Source of the DNA: Trichomonas gallinae | Taxonomy: Eukaryota | Length of the DNA stretch: 61,013 nt | NCBI GenBank assembly: GCA_008369845.1 | Contig: MRSU01007270.1 | Location: 1 to 61,013, forward strand | Direction of reading: 5' to 3' | Shown: piece by piece, positions 34,107-43,421 of the stretch | How the letters are laid out: each line of letters opens with the position of its first letter | How positions within the stretch are numbered: the stretch's first letter is position 1 | The notes under the pieces: model-generated | Told to the model about the DNA's origin: nothing | Database searches by the model: none | The model's input: only the letters and a program-made list of their open reading frames with translations | Position numbers and translations under genes: made by a program

Positions 34107-34865
34107 TTTTTCTTTCTTACAAAAACTTTTTTGAAAAATAATTTATATATGATTATAAGCATAATAAAATTTTGCAAAAAATTCTGAAAGTTTCAGAAAA
34201 TTAAAATTTGGTAAATTATTATTATATTTCTGAGTATATTGATATTACGAAAGGTTATTAATTTGAGGATCTTTGAAAATTTGTGTTTAAATTTCCGTTT
34301 GCCAAGAAATTTTTCAATATAAATAAAAAAAAAGAAAAGAAAATACGTTTTATGGTTCTTATTATATTAAAACCATAGATTAATTTTGCAAAAGTGACGT
34401 ATCGAAAATAACAGGTTGTGAATTTCACATCGAATAGTTAACGAATATAACATGCCTATGAATTATTAATATTAAATAATACAAAATTACGGTATTTTAA
34501 ATTCCAAAATTGACATTGTTGCTATTTGAACAAAACATGTATGTTATATCTTCAAGGTATGGATTTACCTATAACATGTTCAAACACTTATCTCTATAAG
34601 TCGCAAAATATAGTTTTCAATCAAAAAATATTTCTAGTTTTTAGATTTAATCTATTAATATGATAGAAATCACCTATTGACAAACATTACTTAATTCGCA
34701 TAGGGAAAATCAATATTTTAATTTGGTTTTTAATATTTGAACATGATTGATATAGTTTAATGCCAAATATAGAGCAATATTACTTCATGTCCAATTTTAT
34801 CACTTAAACTCCAATTATGCATGTATATTACTAATATACCTTTTCAAATCCTGATCTCAACATGA

Positions 34866-34885
34866 TATATATATATATATATATA
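34866..34885. repeat. (AT)n microsatellite
   Basis: About 10 AT units, read directly. Confidence 0.85.
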
Positions 34886-34985
34886 GCTTAATGACAAGTA
34901 TAGCTCTATATGTATTAGCAAAATATCTAGATTCAATATATATTAAAAAAAAATTTAATATCAAAAATTCATAACATTTGAGGTA

Positions 34986-35765
34986 TTATTCATTTTCTAC
35001 CATAGCAGCCACGATTGTGACATCGTCAAGTTTTCCTCCCATTTGGCCACCATATCCATGTCTTCTTGCTTCTGCTGCGAATGGAGAGTTAAAGTATGGA
35101 CTGAGACCATTCTTATGAGCCATATCAGCAATAACTTGTGAAACTTCTTTAACAATTTTATCTGGATTGCTGAGTTTCTTTGCTCTGTTGACTTCTTTTT
35201 CGATATCAGATGCCCACACATTATCGTATACGCCATCAGTAGCCAAAATAATGATATCTCCTGGATGTGCGTCTAATAATTTTCTATCCCCGTGTTCTGG
35301 CAATGTTTCTGACTTTGTACCTAATTGGTAAGGGAAATTGAAGCTAAATGTTTGAGGAACTGTCTCGAAAATTGTACGAACACCTCTGAATTGAGATGCA
35401 CCTGAATCTCCAAGATTCAAGAGATCAATTTTGTTATCAACAAGCTTAGCAATTACTGCAGTTGTCGATCCTAGTAAGTTTGGATCCATTAACTCGTAAC
35501 CTTTTTTAAGAATATCGAGAGATGTCTTCAGATGTGAATTATCTGAGCAATTTTTCATCAAATCCTTTGCATACTTTGCAGCGTTTGCACCAGGAACGTT
35601 TGCCCATCCGCCTACGCCGTCAGCAACACCAACAGTATTAGTTTTAGTGTTGATAAACCACGAATCCTCACCGCCAAAGTGAGCTTTCTGTGGATGTGGT
35701 ATATTTGCTGCAGCTGCAATAAACTTAAGCTTCTTTGAAAATGTTCTATAAATTCCACAAAGCAT
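34986..35765 (-). CDS. PTC7: PP2C-family phosphatase, PTC7 type, with putative hydrogenosomal presequence
   Basis: GGEDSW, GVADGVGGW, GSTTA, NLGDSG, FNFPYQLG, ATDGVYDN and GGKLDDVT motifs. N-terminus is MLCGIYRTF. Confidence 0.92.
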   Translation of the reverse strand: MLCGIYRTFSKKLKFIAAAANIPHPQKAHFGGEDSWFINTKTNTVGVADGVGGWANVPGANAAKYAKDLMKNCSDNSHLKTSLDILKKGYELMDPNLLGSTTAVIAKLVDNKIDLLNLGDSGASQFRGVRTIFETVPQTFSFNFPYQLGTKSETLPEHGDRKLLDAHPGDIIILATDGVYDNVWASDIEKEVNRAKKLSNPDKIVKEVSQVIADMAHKNGLSPYFNSPFAAEARRHGYGGQMGGKLDDVTIVAAMVENE

Positions 35766-36115
35766 TTCTAACTCTTTACGTTTTACATGTCAAAAATTTA
35801 CTATCCATTATTATCACTCAATAATATCATTATATCATCAATTAAGAATATGGATTAGCAAGCTATGATATAATATTTGCAAAATATTGACTTTATTATT
35901 AATTTAAAGATATTCAAATATCAATAATCTTGAAATTTTGGAAAAAGATTATTATTATATTAAGAATGCATAAAACCAGTATTACACTCATAAATAAATA
36001 CTATGATGCATATAATTAGTAATGAAAATCATTATTATACTTGATTCTAATTTTTAATATTTGACATTTGTCAAGTATTTGTCAAATTGACAAAAATTTG
36101 TTTTGCCAGTATCAA

Positions 36116-36788
36116 ATGTTCTACCTAATTAATAGTTAATCTTCCTAAATCAAACATCGTTACTCATGTAACTAATGTTGGAGATTACACATATGGTGTA
36201 ATCGACAATAGTTTTTATATTCTCATATTTTATCATAATCAATTAGGTGGAAACTTTAAGGCATCATCTCCTGATGTATTATCGATCAATGAAACTTATA
36301 AATATTCCATCCTTGGAAATCTAAGCAATTTACACAAGGATTCAGAATCAAAATATACATTTGCAATTGTTTATGATGAAATAAAATTGTATAATGTATG
36401 GAAACAGACTAATATGCCATTAGATGAGATTGAATATACAGATAATACAACCTTATACAATGTAACAGGATATGAACCAGTTAAAATTCGAGCAAATAGA
36501 AATAAAACAGATTGCATATTTGGTGGAATGACAGTGAGTAAGTTCAAATCGTATACTTATTTTGATGGATGTCCAGGAGGAGATACTTGGTATTTTTCTA
36601 TAGGTTACACAGGAGCTTCTTGGGGAGGAGCGTCAAAGATTCCATCAAATAGTCAAGGAGTGACGTATATGACTATGTGGGCAAGAATTCCAATACCACA
36701 AATTTTCATCATTGGATCTTGCAAATATAATAACTATTTATCTTTTCGATTTTCAAATTTATATGTGATTATTATTCTATTCCTTTAA
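36116..36788 (+). pseudogene. Fibrinogen-like-domain trichomonad family gene with a +1 frameshift after codon 4 (pseudogene or sequence error)
   Basis: ATG TTC TAC CTA, then one extra A, then the frame is open: LIVNLPK...ILIFYHN...KYSILGNL...YNVWKQTN.P...FGG...WYFSIG...MWAR, ending in a hydrophobic C-terminus. Confidence 0.7.
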
Positions 36789-36817
36789 ATTTTGAATATA
36801 TTTTCAATCAAAATATT

Positions 36818-36854
36818 TGAAATGAAGAAAATAATAGCCGTAATCACGTATTTA
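36818..36854. repeat. Left arm of 37-bp inverted repeat
   Basis: TGAAATGAAGAAAATAATAGCCGTAATCACGTATTTA; reverse complement at 37973-38009 with 1 mismatch. Confidence 0.92.
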
Positions 36855-36962
36855 TTGAATAGCAAAATTATTCAGTGAGATTAGTCAAATCAATGACCTA
36901 GCGATCTCTCAATATTTCTTAAGACATTTTGTGAGCAATCGTGATTTCATTTTTTCTTGTTG

Positions 36963-37481
36963 ATGTTCAGGAACAATCGCTACAGCAACTTCGGAAGTGC
37001 AAGCAATGGTGGCTACAGCGCCTTGCTTAGCGACAGCCGTGCATACATTAAAATTGATGGCGTCGAGACAGGTTCTTACGCACTCGACGGCAAGACAACA
37101 CTTGTTGCTCGTGTTGGCCCACGTAACACGTTCATGAGCCACTCATACGAATTCAACATTCGTGAGCGCCCACAGAACGTCTGGAACTTCAAGTACAACG
37201 ACGCCCACCGCTCATCGTTTGTCTGCGTCCTCTTCAAGAAGCACTTGTTTGGTGGTGACGAGGAGCTTGGCGAGATCGAGCTTCGCCTCGGTGCATTCGA
37301 GCCAAACACGGTTGTCACAAAGGAGTACACACTTAAGACACCAAGCAGCAAGCACATCCCATGCCGTGCCCGCATCAGTGTCCACCTCTGTGAGGATGGC
37401 AGCAGCCCATTCTGCGCTCCAAGCGACGGCAAGCTCCTCTCTAACCCAGAGATCCCACACGCACAGACTTACTTCAACTAA
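36963..37481 (+). CDS. Small C2-domain-like protein, strongly codon-biased
   Basis: NVWNFKY...VCVLFKKHLFGGDEELGEIELRL is a C2-like strand pattern. Inr-like TCATTT at about 36947; ATG at 36963. Confidence 0.75.
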   Translation: MFRNNRYSNFGSASNGGYSALLSDSRAYIKIDGVETGSYALDGKTTLVARVGPRNTFMSHSYEFNIRERPQNVWNFKYNDAHRSSFVCVLFKKHLFGGDEELGEIELRLGAFEPNTVVTKEYTLKTPSSKHIPCRARISVHLCEDGSSPFCAPSDGKLLSNPEIPHAQTYFN

Positions 37482-37972
37482 CTTCATACACTACTCATCT
37501 CTATTGTTCTGTTATATATTATACTATATTATTATATTATTTCTTTAAACCCTTTCTATCACTTAATTTCATTCTCTTTTCTCACTTTTTTTTTTTTCCA
37601 TATTTTTTATCATTGCATTGTGCTTTGTTTGCTCTTATTAATCAATCCACTTCATTTCATCGATCGTGTTCACATTCGTATGCCCGTGAGATTTTTTGCA
37701 AACGAAATGTTCGAGATTGAAAATGCAAAAAATCTTGACAAAATTTAATATTTACATGTCATAAAATATATCTTCTCCATTAATATCTTTCGTCTCCAAA
37801 TTTATCAATCAATAACACATTCAATGAATGAAGAATTCCTTCCTGACCACAATATCTCACTTTATTAAGATCAAAATACCAACAATCTCTCATAATTTCA
37901 TCAACTTTTCCATTTCTTATCAAATATAGAATGATGACATGGTTCAAAAATATTTTAAAGATATAATATATG

Positions 37973-38009
37973 TAAATACGTGATTACGGCTATTATATTC
38001 TTCATTTCA
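37973..38009. repeat. Right arm of 37-bp inverted repeat
   Basis: TAAATACGTGATTACGGCTATTATATTCTTCATTTCA. A partial third copy AATAGCCG(TG)TAATC lies at 38039-38053. Confidence 0.92.
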
Positions 38010-38450
38010 TTATAAACCATATATAATGAACTATATAGAATAGCCGTGTAATCGGAATACATTAAAATAATACCTAGTAAGTACAAAGGGATACAATTTA
38101 GATGTATATTTTGATTAAAAATAGAGCACTAAATATATAAACACAGGTAGATCCATTGTCGAAGTCAATGGTTTATATGAAGACTAAATTAAAATTTTCT
38201 AAAGATAAAATTCTAGTATAATGAAATATCAAATCAAAAAAAAAAAATAATTGTTTCAGTTCAAAGTTATTATAGTTACAATATAATAGTAAGGTCTTGC
38301 TGTGCAAATTCCTTATTCGTATAATGAAATTTAATCAGATTTTTATTTAACAATATTTCGACCTTGAATCAAAGTGTGATAGCGAATATAAAATTTTGCT
38401 ATGCAGTCAATAATAGACTATTTATTATACTAAACGTTTATCATTTTTTC

Positions 38451-39047
38451 ATGTGGAAGTTGATTGCATTGATTGCTATTATTGCAGTCGTTATTCTGCT
38501 TCTCGTTGCAAACCATTACCATGTATTCCACAGACCGAAGGTTGTCGAGGAAGTTATTGGCCCAATGAAGATTATTTACACCACTCATATAGGATCTTAT
38601 CACGAAGCCTTCCAGCACTGCAGCCCCATTCTCGACAAGGCTGTTGGTGCTCCAGAAGGCTCATGCTGCATGGGAAAGACAAAGTTTTTGGGCATTTTTT
38701 ATGATAATCCTCAGATGGTTCCAAAAGAGCAATGCAGGAGTGTCATTGGTCGTGTCGTTGATGATGATTTCGAGTTAAAGAACGATATCGAAGGAAAAGT
38801 GAAAGTTGCAAAAATCGAACCTGGAAAAAGCATTGTTATTCATTATCCGTTCAATTCTATGCTTTCTATCATTGTTGCTGTCATGAAATGCTACCCAGCT
38901 CTCATCAAATACTACGGAAAACACTTGAAATATCCAGATGATTATCCACAAAGCTTTATTGAGCTTTATAACTATGTTCCACAAAAGGCTTCCTTTGTTG
39001 GAACAATCGGAAAACGTGAAGGAATTTTATTAAACTTCCCACAATAA
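38451..39047 (+). CDS. TEX264: TEX264-like protein: N-terminal TM anchor plus GyrI-like domain
   Basis: MWKLIALIAIIAVVILLL anchor; HIGSY, GIFYDNPQMVPKEQCRSVIG and YPFNSMLSIIVAVMKCYPAL match the TEX264 pattern (YYDNPHMVPPDKCRCAVG). Inr TCATTT at 38441. Confidence 0.75.
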   Translation: MWKLIALIAIIAVVILLLVANHYHVFHRPKVVEEVIGPMKIIYTTHIGSYHEAFQHCSPILDKAVGAPEGSCCMGKTKFLGIFYDNPQMVPKEQCRSVIGRVVDDDFELKNDIEGKVKVAKIEPGKSIVIHYPFNSMLSIIVAVMKCYPALIKYYGKHLKYPDDYPQSFIELYNYVPQKASFVGTIGKREGILLNFPQ

Positions 39048-40812
39048 AAAATTAATTAATCAAATTTACTATTATAAATGATTTAAATACATTCATAGAA
39101 AAGATGAAAGAATTGTGTTATACTGCATAAAATTAGATAAAATATATTTGCATCATTTTATTCAGTTATTGATCAATTTATACATTAGATATGATATATA
39201 ACAATGATTTATATCAATTTAATGCATTTTAATTCAACGAATACGCTGAGAAATTGAGATAATTTTTCCGAAACTGGCAATTCTTTGCAAATCATTAACT
39301 GATTCAAGGAACACTTATGTATCACTGTTAAAGTATATTGTATATATACGATTGAACATATACTTAGGATTTTTTTATAGGAAAAAAAAACTATGGAGAA
39401 ATGATGATCATTCCTTATGGTTCATAAAATAAAATCTACTTTGGTAACTGTTATTTGTGATATATGTGTCTTTCTGATGCGTTAATTTTTTGAATAATCA
39501 AACTTTGAAATGAATTTTAACGATTATCGGTTACTTATTTTGCAGATTTTAGATTTACATATGATATAACATCCATTGGTACAAAAATAGGAATGTTCGG
39601 TCGATTTTATTTAAACTTAAAACAGAATTTGAAAAATGTTAATCATTGGATGATAAATAAGATAAGTGAATGAGTAACAAAAATTACAGGGAAATATTTC
39701 AATGCGAACACAAATAATTGACTTCCCAACTTCCTAAAATAACATTAAATTAATACTCAAATAGTTGATTAGTAGCAGAATACATGCAATTTTTGGAGAA
39801 TTAATATGGTTGAAAATAAGAAAATAGATAAAATTAACTATGGTTATTAAAATATCATGATTTATATTATATAGATGCATATTACAGCAAGGAAATGATG
39901 GTGTAAAAAGCACGTTTTATCGAAAAATGTCTTTTAATAAAAACAACAACTACTTCAATATAAGCATCTTTTAATTATCATTTTCTTAGTAACGTGCCTT
40001 TCTTATGAAAATTTTGAAAAGCTACTTTTGATGATTGAAGGAGTATCTTAGAAATATTCCCTATTGACAAATTCCTTATCCATTTTTGGTGATTATCAAA
40101 ATTCTCAATCTTTATGAAGCGTATATTTTTCTTAATTTCAATTGAGAACTACGCTTCAAAAGTAGTTTTGTTGCCAATTTAATTAATTACAATCATGAGA
40201 CATAATTAATTCAACTGTATTATAAAAAAGTTATTTTATCGTTATATAAGGTGTAATTTAAATCATTAGATATTGATTAGACTATCATATTAACATGCTT
40301 TTGGAATGATTATTTTTTGAATATATGTTTAGAAAAATTTAAGCACCTACGTTCAAATATTTCGCCTCAATTTCATTAGATTTCAAATACAATATTATTT
40401 CAGGATATCCATTCCATTCTATTCGACAATATTCCACGATCAGAAGCTGATAAACGATATTAAGAAATGTTTATTTTTGAATGAATTGAAAAGCTCAAAA
40501 TTTCCTTTAGAAAAGTTTATTCTAGCGTTTTTGGAATATCAACATATTAACTGAGTAGGTATGTTATTTCCAATTGCATCGTTTTACTTCTTTTCTCAAT
40601 TTTACATCAATTTTTCGCCAATTTTATATATTTGTTATTTGTAATGAAAAGAGCTTTATTTGTTTTTACTTTTGAAATACGTTTGAAAAATCGACCAAAG
40701 CATATCTTCCTCTTGATATTTGTGTAGTATTAGGTCAATGTAGCAGCTTTCTTTTTACGCTTTTTACTCAATTTTTCCATTCGTTCAGAAAAAAAAAATA
40801 AAACATTATTTA

Positions 40813-41310
40813 ATGCCCCCAGAGAGCGTTCGTGTCGTAATTCCAAAGGTTAAGTTTACTCCTGAGGAAGATCTTAAACTCACACAGTTGATAGAAGAGC
40901 TTGGCACAAGAGATTGGGAAACAATTGCTGATGAGATGGGACACAGAACTGCAAGACAATGCAGAGAAAGATGGAACAATTATCTTTCACCCAACAGCAA
41001 CACAGGTCCATGGTCAGAGGATGAAGATAAGTTATTGATAAATTCCATCGAAAAATTTGGTACTAAATGGACCAAAATTTCCCAATTTTTCCCAAATAGA
41101 ACTGCAAATATTGTACGTAATCGCTACAAACAACTTCTTCGAAAGGGCATAGTTAAAAAAGAAGAAAAAGTTGTTCATGAGAAGAAACAAGAGGCACCTG
41201 TTAATCTGGCCCTATTCGACTATATCCAGTTGATGTGTGAAGCCGAAATGTTTGATCCTTATTCTTTGGATAAGAATTCATTCCAGGATTTGTTTTCCAA
41301 ATGTTGTTAA
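40813..41310 (+). CDS. R2R3 Myb-like DNA-binding protein
   Basis: KFTPEEDLKL...WETIA...RTARQCRERWNNYL...PWSEDEDKLL...GTKWTKISQFFPNRT..VRNRY. Confidence 0.97.
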   Translation: MPPESVRVVIPKVKFTPEEDLKLTQLIEELGTRDWETIADEMGHRTARQCRERWNNYLSPNSNTGPWSEDEDKLLINSIEKFGTKWTKISQFFPNRTANIVRNRYKQLLRKGIVKKEEKVVHEKKQEAPVNLALFDYIQLMCEAEMFDPYSLDKNSFQDLFSKCC

Positions 41311-41518
41311 TTTAACCATGAATAAATTATTACTCATGCATGTTAATACTTAATTCTCTTGATTTACAAAACAAAATTTAATTTTTCAAATTATAATCTT
41401 ACCGAAATATATATATTTAGAGATATTATTCATATATTCTATAAGGTAAAAATGTAATTTCAAACATAATATGTTTAAACAAACAAATGTTCATGGATAA
41501 AAATAAAATTAAAAGGTT

Positions 41519-42490
41519 CTATAAGCTTTTGACCTTATTAAGTGTTATTCTCCATGTCCTGTCATACTGGCCTAGCTTCAGTAATGGTCTTTGTATGTTC
41601 TTGTTTACCAAAATATTTTTGTTTGGAAGCAATTTGGGAACAATGACTTTCTCACTGTTCCTTAATGGTTTTTGGGGCTTTTCTGGATGAATAACAGAGT
41701 TCCTCAGAATTTGAAGTATTTCTGATACAGTTGGTCTTTTTTCTGGATCAAATTCAAAGCAATCATCGATCATTTTGCCAATATGGCCTGTGACAAGGTT
41801 TCTAATATGGAGTTTACCATCTCTAAAACACTTAATCATATGAGAATCGCTTATATAATCGAATGGATACAAATCTGTAAATAATACATGTAATGTAACG
41901 GCAAGTGACCAAATATCAGCCTTAATTGCGTTATATTTATCGTTTGTGATGATCTCAGGCGCCATATATGTGACAGTTCCGCAGTAAGTATCTCGATTTA
42001 AAATCTTTTCATTTGCGAAACCGTAATCAATAAGTTTTGGACTGTAATTTGCATCATAAACAATATTTTCCGGCTTAATATCTCTGTGGGCAACGTTTTT
42101 ATGATGCATGTATTCAATCGCTTCACAAATTTGTATTGCAACAAGAATTTTCTCTTCAATTGATAAGACCAGTCCGTAATGTATTGATTCTATGATATTA
42201 CCATTGGTTAAGTATTCCATTACAATGACAATATAATCGACATCATAAACAATATCGAAAACTCTAACTATATTTGGATGAGATAATTGCTGAGCAAGCC
42301 TTAACTCTGTGTCCATATATTTCATCATACCATATTCTTCCGCTTTCTTGCGGTCAAATACCTTGAGTGCAAATGGATCTCTGTATTTTGGATGATAACC
42401 TATGTATATACTTGAATAGAGACTTTTGTTTAGTGTTTTTATAAGCTTGTAACCACATATCATGTTCGGCACCCTTTCTTTGTCATTCAT
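41519..42490 (-). CDS. Ser/Thr protein kinase, CAMK-like
   Basis: ALK, HRDIKPEN, DYG, TYCGTVTYMAPE and DIWSL motifs. ATG at 42490 (MNDKERVP). Gly-rich loop is degenerate. Confidence 0.95.
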   Translation of the reverse strand: MNDKERVPNMICGYKLIKTLNKSLYSSIYIGYHPKYRDPFALKVFDRKKAEEYGMMKYMDTELRLAQQLSHPNIVRVFDIVYDVDYIVIVMEYLTNGNIIESIHYGLVLSIEEKILVAIQICEAIEYMHHKNVAHRDIKPENIVYDANYSPKLIDYGFANEKILNRDTYCGTVTYMAPEIITNDKYNAIKADIWSLAVTLHVLFTDLYPFDYISDSHMIKCFRDGKLHIRNLVTGHIGKMIDDCFEFDPEKRPTVSEILQILRNSVIHPEKPQKPLRNSEKVIVPKLLPNKNILVNKNIQRPLLKLGQYDRTWRITLNKVKSL

Positions 42491-43421
42491 TTTTTTAACT
42501 AAATTTTTCTTCACAAAATATATACATTGAAATAATAACCTTATGTTTACATTTCTTCTCAATTTTAACGAAATTCAAAATTTTGTTATGAAATATTGTT
42601 TATTATATGATATGAGATATTATTTCGGTTTAATTGAATTTTTTCGATTCTCAAAATTCTAAAACATTCAATTTTAACGAACTGTCGGCCATAATTCATG
42701 TATATTTCTGCATAACCACTAATTTCCCATATAAATTTCATTTGTTACTTTTCATCTTAGTTTAACGTTCTTTTTCGAAATTTTACGCTATATTGTTTAT
42801 CAGAACATATAATCTACTACAAAAGTTTGTTTTACTTTTCAAATTCTAACAAAGTCAATTTTTCACTTTTATAAATTGATAAGAACCCTCAAACTTAAGC
42901 TTTTTGTGTATTTCATATCTTAATCAATTATTTTTCAATAATATTTCATTTGCAAAATTTTTCTTTCTTTTCAACAATTTTTCCAGCACTCAGTGACTAA
43001 ATTTCAATTAATGTGCTTCTTATAGTTAGTCTGTTATTAGAATATAAACTACTTTTGTGAAGGATTTTACATTTTCAGTTTTGAAATCAGTTTCAATACA
43101 TTCATAAAAGTTAATTTTTTCATAACATACATTTAGACTATCTAATGGAGATTAACAAAATACAAAAATCAGAACTAAATTCTGGTTTGGACAATAGTTT
43201 TACCCATTGGATCTGGTTTTGAGCTTATAAATTAGTTATCATATGAACAACAATATCCAACTGGAGAAATCCATTCTTGCTAAGCATTTTTTTAATAACC
43301 AAATTGAATTATAGTTAATTTGAGTTCTAATCATAATGTTTTAAGTGTATATAAAATAAACATCCATTTACTTAAAATATAAACCGTGGCACTTTATTCC
43401 TATCAATCAAAAATTATTAAA

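Noticed and set aside
36109..36135. 27-nt GTATCA...CCTAATTAATAG short-intron-like segment
   Set aside because: Splicing would remove the only ATG, and no upstream in-frame start is evident.
39401..39478. C box ATGATGA and D box CTGA about 75 nt apart (C/D snoRNA?)
   Set aside because: No terminal stem, no clear C'/D' boxes and no recognisable rRNA antisense element.
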